A stretch of 64,000 nt of DNA from Centroscyllium fabricii (Eukaryota): assembly GCA_051313645.2 (NCBI GenBank), contig JBNRSN020000035.1, positions 18,848,001-18,912,000 of the forward strand, written 5' to 3'. Of this stretch, positions 25,220-38,014 are shown piece by piece. Numbering within the stretch: position 1 is the first letter of the stretch; every line of letters begins with the position of its first letter. The translations under genes and the position numbers were made by a program. The notes beneath the pieces were generated by a model. The model was not told the DNA's origin. It did not search any database and saw only the letters and a program-made list of their open reading frames with translations.

Positions 25220-25608
25220 TCATAGAAACTAGGAGCAGGAGTCGGCCATTCAGCCCTTCGAGCCTGCTCCGCCATTCAATGAGATCATGGCTGATCATCC
25301 AAACCCAGTACCCTGTCCCTGCCCTCTCCCCATATCCCTCGATCCCTATCGAGCCTCCATCGACACATATCCCACCCTATCCCCGTAACCCCACATATTC
25401 AAACCCCCTAACACTAAGGGTCAATTCATCATGGCCAATCAACCTAACCCGCACATCTTTGGACTGTGGGAGGAAACCGGAGCACCCGGAGGAAACCCAC
25501 GCAGACACGGGGAGAATGTGCAAACTCCACACAGATAGTACCCGAGGCTGGATTTGAACCCGGGTCTCCAGTGCTGAGACAACAGTGCTAACCACTATGC
25601 CACCATCC
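25220..25608 (-). mobile_element. HE1-type V-SINE (long tail), antisense to ILF3
   Basis: Reverse complement of the 17309-17699 copy. Confidence 0.92.
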
Positions 25609-26157
25609 CTGGCCATTTGGTATAACTGCAAGTCAACTGTACCAAACCTGTGGTGTGCAGCTGCTTGGAGTTGCACAAGCCTTTTTAAAGCAGATTCCCA
25701 CAGGTCAGCAGTGCTAAACGTCCAAGATAGGTCAGCCAGTTGCAGCTAGCAGGGCCTATTTAATTTTATCATTGACAACCAGAGGCCACCTCTTCAGTGT
25801 AAAGAAGAACATGCTGTTCTTTAGATCACTGGAACAGAAGGGAACATGTTTCCCTTCCTATTCGACATCATGTTTGTGCTTCATGTGATTTGTGAGGAAG
25901 TAGTCTTGTACCATTGGGAGACTCTTCCACCTTCAATGCATGTTTCTGTAGGGGCATGAGTATGTCGACTGATTGCATACCTGGTTCTATTTTGATTGCC
26001 CTGAGCTGCTACAGTCCTAACTTGTGACCTGGTCCTGGCCAGCTGTCCCGATTACTTTTCATTTGGTATTTTCAGATTCTGGGAAGAAATGTGTTGCTAT
26101 TCTGAACTTGTTTATTTTGCTCACCCTTTCTTGTGCTTGCGTGCTCTCTCACTCTAG

Positions 26158-26255
26158 ATGGGCCTGGTATCTATGATCCATGTGAAAAGGAAGCTACAGA
26201 TGCCATTGGCACTCTTACCAGACAGCAAAGAGAGGACATAACCCAAAGCAGTCAG
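26158..26255 (+). CDS. ILF3: ILF3 exon (DZF)
   Basis: DGPGIYDPCEKEATDAIGTLTRQQREDITQSSQ; followed by an 85-nt intron. Confidence 0.96.
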
Positions 26256-26340
26256 GTAAAAAATACTTCGCGTTGAACTGGCTTTGTTCTGTGCTTCTGA
26301 ATTGCCTGAATTGTTTTTAAACCCTCTCCATATTTTTTAG

Positions 26341-26452
26341 CATGCGCTGCGCCTGGCTGCCTTTGGACAGTTGCATAAGGTATTGGGAATGGATCCGCTA
26401 CCTTCCAAACTCCCTAGAAAACCTAAAAATGAAAATCCGGTGGATTATACAG
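26341..26452 (+). CDS. ILF3: ILF3 exon (DZF end)
   Basis: HALRLAAFGQLHKVLGMDPLPSKLPRKPKNENPVDYT. Confidence 0.97.
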
Positions 26453-26517
26453 GTAGGAACTACGATCTGTGCAGCCCTTTAATTTTGATTGTAAATATCT
26501 CTGGTTTCACTGTACTA

Positions 26518-27305
26518 CAGGTTGAGCACCGTTATACCGGCACGGGCGGGACTAGGCCTGGTGCCGATAGACCGGAAAAAAACCCGGCAGAATGAAGGCC
26601 GGCCAGTGCGGGCACCATTCAAAATGGCCGCGCGCATTCGCATAACATTGGAAATGGCCGCCGCGAAGTTTTGAAGAATTTGAAACTCATGTACTTTTTT
26701 AAATTAAAAATGAGGCACATCACTTTTTAATCAAATGCCCGATTCCTTTCTCTCCCCGCGACTCTGAGCGGAGATTTCTAACCGAGCAGGGCCGAAGCCC
26801 AGACCCGGGACAGAGAGCCGGCACAAATTACAGCAGCAAACTGGCCGCCGCTCCCGGGGGGAAGGGGTGGCGGGGCTGCGCCCACTTAGCCAGCCGGCAG
26901 TGAAGAGTTTGCGGGGACCCAGGACATTTGAAGCCAGGCGGCGCCACGCGATCCCTTTAAAGAGAAGCCGGGCTCAAGGGCGCGCCCGAGGAACCCATTC
27001 CAGCCCAGGCCGCCAGTCCAGCGGCTCCGTCTCCTCATTCTTCAAACTCTCCGCCCGGCTTTAACACAACGGAGGCTTTACCTTTCCGTGCTCTTCTCGG
27101 AGCCACGCATGCGCAGATCACTCAAAACCTCCGGCGGCCGTTTTGAATGAACTGTGTATGCGCTCGCTGTTTGGAGACGCATGTGCAGATCATTTGCCGA
27201 AGCATCAATCGCGGTGCCCATTTTGCATAAGGCAGTCGGGGCAATTTATGCCGGACAACTGCAGCTGCCGCCTTTCTGGTTAACGGATTACTGGTGCTCA
27301 ACTTG
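26518..27305. mobile_element. Tigger/pogo-like TIR element E with unique CpG-rich cargo
   Basis: TA|CAGGTTGAGCACCGTTATACCGGCAC ... CGGATTACTGGTGCTCAACTTG|TA; subterminal AAAATGGCCGC motifs shared with A, B and D. Confidence 0.88.
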
Positions 27306-27625
27306 TATTTGCATCACACCTGTAAGACTTGGATTTGTGGATTAGATTTGTGGTTCTGGCTCTTTCTCCTCTAATTGTAAAGCTCGGCAGCAATCCAGTA
27401 TTGGGTGATCTTATTTTATAAATTCCTTTTCTCTTCTATTCCCACATCTACCATAAATATCGATTGTGGTGACCTCACAGCACTAGCTGACTGCAGACTA
27501 GGGATCAGATCCTGGGTCCTAACTTGGTCTGTGTGATGCAGTGCCACACCGTGCGTACCATTGCTTCATGAGCAGGGAGGAAATGCTGGAATCAGAAATC
27601 ACAACTTGTATTTATCAGGAATTAA

Positions 27626-28960
27626 CATAGAAACATGGAAGATAGGAGCAGGAGTCGGCCATTCGGCCCCACGAGCCTGCTCCGCCATTCAATGAGATCA
27701 TGGCTGAACATCCAAACTCAGTACCCTGTCCGTGCGTTATCCCCATATCCCTTGATCCCTTTAGCCTTAAGAAATATATCCAACTCCTGGAATATATTTA
27801 ATAAGTTGGTCTCCGCCGCCTTCTGTGGTAGAGAATTCCACAGATTCACCACTCTCTGGGTGAAGAAATGCCTCCTCATCTCTGTCCTAAATGTTTACCC
27901 CTTATCCTTAGACTGTGACCCCTGGTTCTGGACTCCCGCGCCATCGGGAACATCTTTCCTGCATCTAGTCTGTCCAGTCCTGTCAGAATTTTATAAGTTT
28001 CAATGAGATCCCCTCTCATCTAAACTCCAGCGAGTATACGCCCAATCGTCTCAATCTCTCCTCGTGCGTCATTCCCGCCATCCCAGGTATCAGTCTGGTG
28101 ATTCTTCACTGCACTCCTTCCATGGAAAGAACATCCTTCCTTAGATAAGGCGACCAAAGCTGCACACAATGTTCAAGATGTGGTCTCACCAAGGCCCTGT
28201 ACAACTGCAGCAAGACATCCTTGTTCCTGTACTCTAACCCTCTTGCTACGAAGGCCAACATACCATTTGCCTTCTTAAACACCTGCTGTACCTACATGCT
28301 TACCTTCAGCGACTGGTGCACAAGGACACCCAGGTCTCGTTGCACTTCCCTTTCTCCCAATCTATTGTCGTTCAGATAATCTGCCTTCCTGTTTTGCCAC
28401 TAAAGTGGATAACCTCACATTTATCCACATTATGCTGCATCTGCCCAATCACCCAACCTGTCTAAATCATACCACAGTTTCTCGGTATCCTCCTCACAAC
28501 ACACACGCCCACCCAGCTTTGTGTCGTCTGCAAACTTAGAGATATTACATCTAGTTCCCTCGTCTAGATCATTAATATGTATTGTGAATAGCTGGGGTAC
28601 TAGGACTGATCCCTGCGGTACCCCACCAGTCACTGCCTGCCATTCGGAAAAAGACCCGTTTATTCCAACTCTTTGCTTCCTGTCTGTCAACCAGTTCTCT
28701 ATCCAAGTCAGTACCTTACCCCCAATCCCATGTGCTTTAACTTTACACGCTAATCTCTTATGCGGGACCTTATCAAAAGCCTTCTGAAAGTCCAAATACA
28801 CCACATCCACTGGTTCTCCCTTATCTATTCTACCAATTACATCCTCAAAAATCCAGTAGATTAGTCGAGCACAATTTACCTTTTGTAAATCCATGTTAAC
28901 TTTGTCCGATCCTGTCTGTTTTCCAAGTGCTCTGCTATTACATCTTTTATAATGGACTGT
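27626..28960 (-). mobile_element. CR1 LINE 3' portion (RT and tail)
   Basis: VYLDFQKAFDKVPH...GVPQGSVL...[12 protein letters not shown] (28430-28894 -); (CTATGTT)-type terminus near 27626. Confidence 0.93.
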
Positions 28961-29569
28961 GAGACAATTAATTGTCGAGCTTCTTTATTTCTTTGCCTCG
29001 TGGGTTGTATGCCAAATAACATCTGTTACAGCTTCAAAAATGTCTGTGCTTACACTTGGAGCTAAAACCTTGCATTGAATTTCCAACCAATCCAACTGAC
29101 TTTGAACTGCGGTTTGCAAAATCAATGTGTGTCTGAGCACCGACTGAAAAACTTTAACATATGAGCAATGACTGACTGACTGGAAAAGACCCTCTCGTCC
29201 ATCCAGCCTGTCTCTCTCACTTCCTACCTCACCCAAAACCATGTCATCTCCTGGGACTGACAAAAAAAACCTAGGCCAATTGTGGGGGCAGGGAGGAAGG
29301 CCGAGGAATCTGGGAAGTTACACTCTGACCCACCTTAGGCAATCAAAACAAGTCCAGTAGATCACTCTGGCCCTGTAATTCTATGCAGTACCTGCTTTTT
29401 TTGTGGGGTACAGGGTACGACAGACCTAGGGGGCGTGGAATCTTGAGCGCATTCTGTAGTAGGGAAACAGACCGTGCATTTAGGCCTGGAAGCCGTTGCC
29501 AGGTTTTCTACCTGTTGATGTAATCTGTTTACCATTCCATTTAACTTTTGATTCTGTTGAATTTTTTAG

Positions 29570-29677
29570 TTCAAATTCCTCCAAGTGCATTCAGCGCACC
29601 AGTGAAGCGGCCAATGGATGAAGACTCCGGTGAGGACAAGTCTCCTAACAAGAAGAAAAAGAAGACTCAAAAGAAAG
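29570..29677 (+). CDS. ILF3: ILF3 exon (bipartite NLS) with GC donor
   Basis: VQIPPSAFSAPVKRPMDEDSGEDKSPNKKKKKTQKK; ends AAAG|GCGAGT, phase 1. Confidence 0.9.
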
Positions 29678-30623
29678 GCGAGTTACCGCTGACTAGTGCT
29701 ACTTCTAGATTTGGTGGAGAAATGAAAATTTCACTTCATGGGACAGGCACATCTTGGGTATAAAATATACTGAAATAATGTGTACAGGATGTTTTCCCAC
29801 AAGCTGAATAAGTTAAGTTTGGATATGTGGGGAGGAAGGCAGAATCGAGTTCAGTTTTAAACCCGGCAGAGGGTCGAATGAGGAAACTCCATCTGTAGTT
29901 GAGGCTTTAGCAGAAAGTAAAATGTTAACGTTTTGTAGACAGTCTGCCTTGTCCTTCAGCCCTTTTAGGAACAAAACAACTTGGAAATCCTGCACACTTC
30001 AGACTTGCAATGAAGTTACTATCAATGTTCCCTCTAACAAAAAAATTCCCCACACACACGGTCCCTTTGAAAGTGCTGCCACGGCCGAGCATGCGCAGTA
30101 CCTTCCCGTGGTAACAGCTGGTGAGCGGCCTGCGTGGGACCTCCCAATTGATGCACGGCCGCGGGGGGTCTCCCTGGACCTGTTGCTTCACACTCCATTT
30201 GATTGAGTCTGGCAACAGCTGTTGCTGGAAGTCCAACTGACTACATTTGGAGAGCTTTCAACCATTACATGGACCTCAAAAGACAGTGGTTGTTTTCTGG
30301 TTATATTTATATAATTAAGGTGGCTTGAGAGGATATTTATTTCCCTTTTTTAAGCATCCCTCATCCTATGGTGGTGTCCCTTGCTGAGGTATGGAGTAGT
30401 GCTCCATACCTCGCCTATATGACTGTTCTTCACATGAAAGCTTCGATTGGTGTCTGCAGACTATTTGTTTATGTTAGAATGGGGACAGTGTAGTCTGCCT
30501 GTACTTGACATCAACATGCATGCTCCAGGTTTGGCCAGTGGGTAGTGATCTTGAGCAGCAGCCCTGGCTGACCTCCCTTCCCTAGCCGAGGATGGCTGAG
30601 GCTAATTGTACCGTCCCTAGTGT

Positions 30624-31012
30624 ACATAGAAACTAGGAGCAGGAGTAGGCCATTCGGCCCTTCGAGCCTGCTCCGCCATTCAATGAGATCATGGCTGATC
30701 ATCTAAACCCAGTATCCCGCCCCTGCCCTCTCCCCATATCCCCTGATCCCTATCGAGCCTGCATCAACACATATCCCACCCTATCCCCGTAACCCCACAT
30801 ATTCAATCCCTCTAACACTAGGGGTCAATTTATCCTGGCCAATCAACCTAACCCGCACATCTTTGGACTGTGGGAGGAAACCGGAGCACCCGGAGGAAAC
30901 CCACGCAGTCACGGGGAGAATGTGCAAACTCCACACAGATAGTCACCCGAGGCTGGATTTGAACCCGGGTCTCCAGTGCTGTGAGGCAACAATGCTAACC
31001 ACCGTGCCGCCC
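30624..31012 (-). mobile_element. HE1-type V-SINE (long tail), antisense to ILF3
   Basis: Reverse complement of the HE1 head, V-domain and tail. Confidence 0.92.
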
Positions 31013-31196
31013 TGTCCGACTGGCTCCGTTCAGCCAACTCTGCACAGCGGGTACAATCAGTGAATTTATGCATTTAGCAATATGAGGGGAGGACAGGTCT
31101 GATAATGCAGCCTACAGGAGCCACTTTTTGAAGAGGTATTAGATTTGTCTGTAAACTGGATTATGTCTCAAACGTGGTTCGTATTGCCCGCAGCAG

Positions 31197-31396
31197 AAGA
31201 AAAGATCGAACCTGCCCAAGCCATGAATGCATTAATGAGACTCAACCAACTGCGACCAGGTCTTCAGTACAAATTAATCTCTCAGACGGGTCCTGTCCAT
31301 GCTCCAGTGTTCACCATGTCTGTTAACGTCGATGGAAAGGACTATGAAGCATCAGGGCCATCTAAAAAAACTGCCAAACTGCATGTAGCAGTCAAG
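31197..31396 (+). CDS. ILF3: ILF3 exon (dsRBD1); alternative acceptor at 31194
   Basis: [43 protein letters not shown]...[12 protein letters not shown]|GTATGA. Confidence 0.95.
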
Positions 31397-31484
31397 GTAT
31401 GATTCAGATTTCTGTATATCGAGATTAAAATCCTCGCCCTCTATAAATGCTTCTGGCCTTCCCGCCCACATCAGTAGCAGAGCC

Positions 31485-32012
31485 TTCCGAATCCTCCACT
31501 GTAATCTGTCATTGCTTCCGAATCCTCTACTGTAATCTCATTGCTTCCGAATCCTCTACTGTAATCTCATTGCTTCCGAATCCTCTACTGTAATCTGTCA
31601 TTCCTTCCGAATCCTCCACTGTAATCTGTCATTGCTTCCGAATCCTCTACTGTAATCTGTCATTGCTTCCGAATCCTCTACTGTAATCTGTCATTGCTTC
31701 CGAATCCTCTACTGTAATCTGTCATTGCTTCCGAATCCTCTACTGTAATCTCATTGCTTCCGAATCCTCTACTGTAATCTCATTGCTTCCGAATCCTCTA
31801 CTGTAATCTCATTGCTTCCGAATCCTCTACTGTAATCTGTCATTCCTTCCGAATCCTCCACTGTAATCTGTCATTGCTTCCGAATCCTCTACTGTAATCT
31901 CATTGCTTCCGAATCCTCTACTGTAATCTGTCATTGCTTCCGAATCCTCTGCTGTAATCTGTCATTCCTTCCGAATCCTCTACTGTAATCTGTCATTGCT
32001 TCCGAATCCTCT
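31485..32012 (+). repeat. Minisatellite, 30/32-bp unit TTCCGAATCCTCTACTGTAATCT(GT)CATTGC
   Basis: About 17 tandem units. Confidence 0.97.
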
Positions 32013-32164
32013 GCCCCCTCTTTGCTGCTATTCCTACCGTTAAAAACCTCCTGATAACTCACCTGACCAAACCTTTGGTCCCTCTCCTCCAGAAAGACTC
32101 GACATCTGTTCCTCTCCTGTGAAACATTTTAAAAGGTTTCTCTGCATTAAAGGTGCTGTTGTCT

Positions 32165-32312
32165 CTGTTTTGGATTGAATGTGGCTCAATGCTCTCCGGT
32201 TTTGGATTGAATGTGGCTCAATGCTCTCCGGTCGGTTTTTGGATTGAATGTGGCTCAATGCTCTCCGGTCGGTTTTTGGATTGAATGTGGCTCAATGCTC
32301 TCCGGTCGGTTT
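32165..32312 (+). repeat. Four tandem copies of a ~35-40-bp unit TTTGGATTGAATGTGGCTCAATGCTCTCCGGT(CGGT)
   Basis: Direct repetition. Confidence 0.9.
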
Positions 32313-33115
32313 CGGTTTTGGCATTTCAGATAGCTGATTTACTACTTGCTGAAACTCAAATGACCGTTTGAAGTCCAAAGGTCAAAAATTTCATCACTGG
32401 TATATGGTCATGATTCGCAACACAATCCACAATTAGTCCTTCATATAGTGATGGGTGAATTGCATCTATTCAGCTGAATTCGGGTCACCGAGGGCTATTT
32501 TAAAAAGATATTAACTTGAGATTGCAGAGTTTTGTTAACAGAAACTCTAAATAGCATTATATGACGTGGAAGGGTTCCAAAATACAATTCTGCCACTGCT
32601 GAGGCTGTTACAAATACTTGGCCCTTCCAGAATTTCATCTCCCAGCTCTCACTTAGCTCAGCAGTGATACCGATGTCCACTTCCATTGGCAGCAGTGATC
32701 CCTTCCAGCCAGCTCACTAAAATGACGCGGGGGGGGGGGGGGAGCTGCACTCTAAGCCGGTACTTGTGAGAAAAGATCCGATTTGGTGGCAGCACCTCCT
32801 CGCCCTGAATTAGCTATCCAGACTCACTATAAAGATTGGCCCCTTGGGCAAGGTGCTGCAGGGCACCCTTCAGAAAAGGGGGAAGTACCATCTGCATTGA
32901 GATTGTGGATGTACAACCGCTATGTCGACTTTGAGTTGCTATCTATAAAAGGTTGCCTCATCACCGCTGCCAGTTTCTGTGTGCTCTGTGCTGGTGGGAG
33001 AAATCTGGTGTTTGCCATTTGAAGACTTAAGGCTGTTGAATACACTAAACACGTGCTATCCTTGTTTTGTCCGAATAATGTTTTTAGCTCAAGAACTAAA
33101 TGACTTTAGCATAAT

Positions 33116-33895
33116 AATAGCAAAATACTATTTTAGGAGGTTCCCCCTTTCAGCATTCCGAAGGGACCGCTCCCTCCGTGGCACCCTGGTCCAGTCCTCA
33201 GCCACCCCTAACAGCCCTTCTCCTTCATCTGGCACCTTCCCGTGCAAGTGCAAGAGATGCAACTCCTGCCCTGTCACCTCCTTCCTTCCCGCTCTCCAGG
33301 GCCCCAAACGCCCCTTCCAGGTGAAACAGCGATTTACGTGCACTTCTTGCAATTTAATACACTGTATTCGCTGCTCACGATGCGGCCTCCTCTACATTGG
33401 GGAGATCAAACGCCGATTGGGTGACCGCTTTGCGGAACACCTCCGTTCAGTCCGTAAGGGTGACCCTGAGCTTCCGGTCGCCTGTCACTTCAATTCTCCG
33501 CTTCACTCCCACTCTGATCTCTCTGTCCTCGGCCTCTTGCACTGTTCCAATGAAGCTCAATGTAAACTCCAGGAACAGCACCTAATTTTTCGATTCGCCA
33601 CTTTACAGCCGTCCGGGCTCAATATCGAGTTCAGTAATTTCAGATAATAATCCCTGCCCCAATTTTTCATGCGGTATGATTTTGCCATTCCCATTTGCTA
33701 CATTTTCACAGCGTGTTCTTTCAATCTTCCTCCCCTCCAAACCGCCCCCCCCCCAAACTGTCTCTGCACCTGCTTAATAGCTGTTACATTTCCAGTTCAG
33801 ATGAAGGGCCCAGAACCCAAAACATCAACTCAATTTCTCTCTCCACGGATGCGGCCTGGCCTGCTGAGTTTTTCCCAGCATTTTCTGTTATTTCA
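33116..33895 (+). mobile_element. Penelope-like retroelement 3' fragment (GIY-YIG endonuclease) with target site duplication
   Basis: ORF ...CKCKRCNSC...FTCTSCNLIHCIRCSRCGLLYIGEIKRRLGDRFAEH...PSGLNIEF*; flanked by GACTTTAGCATAAT (33102-33115) and GACTTTAGTATAAT (33896-33909). Confidence 0.9.
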
Positions 33896-33987
33896 GACTT
33901 TAGTATAATGCTTGCCATTTTGTCATCTCTGTAATTGAGGCATCTCCGCCCTGTTTGAAACTAACTGGCCAGCTTGTTTTCTGACAG

Positions 33988-34131
33988 GTTTTGCAGGATA
34001 AGGGGCTCCCAACTGGAGTGGAACCTGAGAAAATTGAAGAAACCGTGGTTAAAGTGGAACCCAAGCCAGTCGCTCCAGCTCCTGCAGTGACTGTAAAACC
34101 ACCTGCTGTATCACCAGTGGCAGAGGCTGAG
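33988..34131 (+). CDS. ILF3: ILF3 exon (dsRBD1 end and linker)
   Basis: VLQDKGLPTGVEPEK...VAEAE; phase 0/0. Confidence 0.93.
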
Positions 34132-34365
34132 GTACAGTATCCTGTCTGGCAACAACTTTTGAGTCTGCACAGTTCAATAAAAGCTCCATGGTGGGGTGCA
34201 GTTTTTCAGCGGTGGTAGCGATTCACTCTGGATAGTATAATTTACTCATTTGTACAGTGATTGGGAGTGGGACTCTTCTCTTGGTAGGAATGTGTGGCGA
34301 TGACTTGCAGCTAGGGTAGTGGTGATTAACTACTGAATTCTTTACTTGACCAATGGCGTGTCTAA

Positions 34366-34545
<180 letters not shown>

Positions 34546-34664
34546 TGAAAATTATTTATGGAAAACATATTGCTCTTTGGGATGTGGAAAATGTTGCTGA
34601 GTATCTTGAATCTGGTTAACTATCACTTTTCTGAAATAATGCAAGGAATATTTTTCCCCTCCAG

Positions 34665-34802
34665 GTTCAAGTCGATGGGCAGAAATTCACTGGGTCAGGC
34701 TCCAATAAGAAAGTGGCGAAAGCACATGCTGCTCTGGCCGCACTGGAAAAACTATTCCCCCACCAGCCTCCTATAGAAGTGAAGAAAAAGAGAATTGTTC
34801 AG
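34665..34802 (+). CDS. ILF3: ILF3 exon (dsRBD2 end)
   Basis: [46 protein letters not shown]|GTAGGT. Confidence 0.95.
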
Positions 34803-35377
34803 GTAGGTCTTCTGGGCCTCTGCTTTTTCTGCCTCTACAATGTATGAGCTAAGAAAGAGCTGGCAGTGTAGACTCTGTCCTTCTAAGAGACCAGATAGTC
34901 TGCTTCAGCATTGGGTGTGCCCCAATATTGACTCTCCTGCAGGTGTTTGCTCTCATGTTGGGGTAATGGTTTTGTTGCTCATCTTTGGACTACTTGACCA
35001 GAGGAGTGCATGTGAATGCATCCCACCCTGTTCTTGCCAGCATCCATATATATGTGCTTCCATAAGGATCATTAGATCATGGTCAAGAGTAGAAAGAACA
35101 TAAAAAATAGGAGCCCTTTGTGCCTGCGCCGCCATTCAATGTCTGGGCTTTCCCCCCCCCTGTTAAACAGACCAGTTGGATTCCAGGTTCGATCACCAGG
35201 CTATGCCCACCTTATTCTGGGTGGTAGGTAATGCCTTGTGATTTGTCTAACCTCGGCTGGGATATGTGGGTGGCTATTGGGTGAAGATGGGATCAGGCTT
35301 CACTTTGCAGCCATTGTGGTCAATTAGCTAACCGATACATGCTGATCTAGGTTCCTTCATGAGTTAATGGCCATTAA

Positions 35378-35683
35378 AGGGCGGCACGGTGGCATCGTGG
35401 TTAGCACTGTTGCCTCACAGCGCTGGAGACCCGGGTTCAAATCCGGCCTTGGGTACTATCTGTGTGGAGTTTGCACATTCTCCCCGTGTCTGCGTGGGTT
35501 TCCTCCGGGTGCTCCGGTTTCCTCCCACAGTCCAAAGATGTGCGGGTTAGATTGATTGGCCATGATAAATTGACCCTTAGTGTTGGGATTGAATATGTGG
35601 TGTTACGGGGATAGGGTGGGATATGGGTCGGTGTAGGCTCGATGGGCCGAGGTGGCCTCTATCTGCACTGTAGGGATTCGATG
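35378..35683 (+). mobile_element. HE1-type V-SINE (short tail)
   Basis: GGGCGGCACGGTGGCATCGTGGTTAGC head, B box, V-domain, tail CTGCACTGTAGGGATTC. Confidence 0.9.
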
Positions 35684-35779
35684 AAAGAGTGAGGGGATGG
35701 GACTACCATGTGAGTTGGCACCTTCAGGAAACCGGGGAGAAATTTGGATGGGAAAATGCAAATAAAAGGCAACGTCGCC

Positions 35780-36390
35780 TGTGATGACAAAAAAGCTAAT
35801 GGAATACTGGGTTTTATGGCAAGAGGTATCGAATGTAAAAGTCGAGATGTAATGGAAAATCTATATAAAATGTTAAGTCCACAGTTTGGAGTGCTTTGCA
35901 GTTTTGGGCTCCACATTCTAGGAAGGATATTGAGGCTTTCGCTGGGTTATGATGCAGATTCATGAGAATACTGCTTAGTATGAGGAGATTCAAATACAAA
36001 GAAAGACTTGGAAAAATGGGGGGTTAATTTCATTGGAACAGAGGAGAGTTTACGGGTGATTTGGTAGAGGTGTTAACAATTGTGAAGGGCTGGGAGCAAA
36101 GAGACAGCAACAGACTGTTTCCAGAGGTTGAGGGGCCTCAAACAAGGAGACATCTGATTAAATGCAGGAGATGTAGGGCAGAGAGTAAGAGAAACCTCTG
36201 GAGTTGAAGCTGTGGGATGTACAACTAGTGAGTGAGTGAAGTAGAGAGCATGTGCATTCTGACAGGTTGGTGAGGTGGTTGAAGGAAAAGGAATGAAGGG
36301 AGACTGGAAGAGAGCAGACAGCTCAGATTAGAGTTGCTGCTGGTGGCGCATAATCAACACTGACTGGCTGGGCCAAATGGCTTGTTCAAG
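35780..36390 (+). mobile_element. Old CR1 LINE 3' fragment
   Basis: KKANGILGFMARGIECKSRDVMENLYKML motif, typical of the CR1 ORF2 C-terminus. Confidence 0.75.
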
Positions 36391-36733
36391 GTTACAGGAA
36401 GTGCCATTTTACAACTTGGTATAATCCGAGTTGTCTCTATTGTATGCCCATTCGTGTGTTCAGTTAGCTTTTCAAGGGCCTCTTATTGTTGTGCACCAGT
36501 GTGTCTAGACTGCTTTGGGAAACCAAGATCTGATTGCAGAGGAGTGCAGATATGTAGGCCTGGTGCCGGTGCAACGAGACTCCTTTGATCTGACAAACTT
36601 CGATCCACTCTTTATGCATCTGCAAGTTGACAGTGGCAGTCGGGAAATGAAAGCGTCTGTTAGCTGCTGCGCTGCTCTAATAAGTGAAAGCTTCAGTGTT
36701 GAGAACCAGTGACACCTGTATCTCTCCACACAG

Positions 36734-36896
36734 CCACAGCAGCACAACATGGGATTTGGTGGCGGCATGGGAATGGGAGTGCTCCCTGCTGGTCCTCCTG
36801 CAGGTCCTCCTGTGCAGAGAGGTAGAGGCAGAGGACGCGGAAGAGGTGGCAGAGGTGGTTTCAATGCATCCAACAATTCTGGCTACATGTCTCCTG
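36734..36896 (+). CDS. ILF3: ILF3 exon (RGG region)
   Basis: PQQHNMGFGGGMGMG...RGRGRGRGRGGRGGFNASNNSGYMSP; phase 0 to 1. Confidence 0.93.
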
Positions 36897-37080
36897 GTAA
36901 GGATTTTAATTTACTTGGTTCATTAAGTTAGAGAATATAAAACTCCCTCTACACAGCACCATGTGCCGTGGAACGTGCCCGACTGAAACAATGACAATTC
37001 CATTTCCTACGCCAACCATACTGTGGTATTCTGTGGATGGCTAAATTGGGGGCAGTTTTATGCTGTGGGCCATGCCCACT

Positions 37081-37530
37081 GGGGCAGCATGGTGGCATAG
37101 TGGTTAGCACTGTTGCCTCACAGCACTGGAGACCCGGGTTCAAATCCAGCCTCGGGTACTATGTGCAAACTCCACACAGATTCTCCCCGTGTCTGCGTGG
37201 GTTTCCTCCCACAGTCCAAAGATGTGCGGGTTAGGTTGATTGGCCAGGATAAATTGACCCTTAGTGTTAGAGGGATTGAATATGTGGGGTTACGGGGATA
37301 GGGTAGGGTGGGATATGTGTCGGTGCAGGCTCGATAGGGATCGAGGGATATGGGGAGAGGGCAGGGTACTGGGTTTGGATGATCAGCCATGATCTGATTG
37401 AATGGCGGAGCAGGCTCGATGGGGATCGAGGGATATGGGGAGAGGGCAGGGGCGGGGTACTGGGTTTCGATGATCGGCCATGATCTCATTGAATGGCGGA
37501 GCAGGCTCGAATGGCCGACTCCTAGTTTCT
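37081..37530 (+). mobile_element. HE1-type V-SINE with duplicated long-tail segment
   Basis: GGGATCGAGGGATATGGGGAGAGGG...GAATGGCGGAGCAGGCTCGA occurs twice in tandem. Confidence 0.9.
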
Positions 37531-38014
37531 GTGTTGTGGAAGAGACAGAGACTGCCCAACCTGTCGGTCTGATATAGTAAAATGATGAACCAATGCTGAT
37601 CTGCCACAGTAGAAAGGGGTCATAGTTCACCTTGCCTGCATCACACCTGCAATCTGCCTTCTCCTTCAATCCGGGCTTCATCTTCCCTGGTCAAATGTGT
37701 ATGGAAACGATGGTGTAGTCCTCTCAGCTGGATTTCCAATTCTGACAGCTGATTTCTCACTGGTCGACCCTCTATTGGAATGAAGGGGTTGTCCAGGGCT
37801 CCAGTTTATGCTGCCAGAGTTGGTATCTATGTAATTGTGGAACGTTGCTGATAGAATAAAGTTGTTCAGGTGCTTCAGGGACCAGTTATCGACGTTGTTC
37901 TAGATCACTGTACCACAGAAATGGTCTCTGGATTACTGTGGCTCATCAGTGCGGTCACGTACAGGATGGAAGCTCTTCTGCTAGCTCTACCTGACGAGTG
38001 TTTTCCCCCCCCAG

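Noticed and set aside
30386-30412. 11-bp perfect hairpin GAGGTATGGAG/CTCCATACCTC
   Set aside because: Short, and within degenerate repeat-like sequence; compatible with a local template-switch event.
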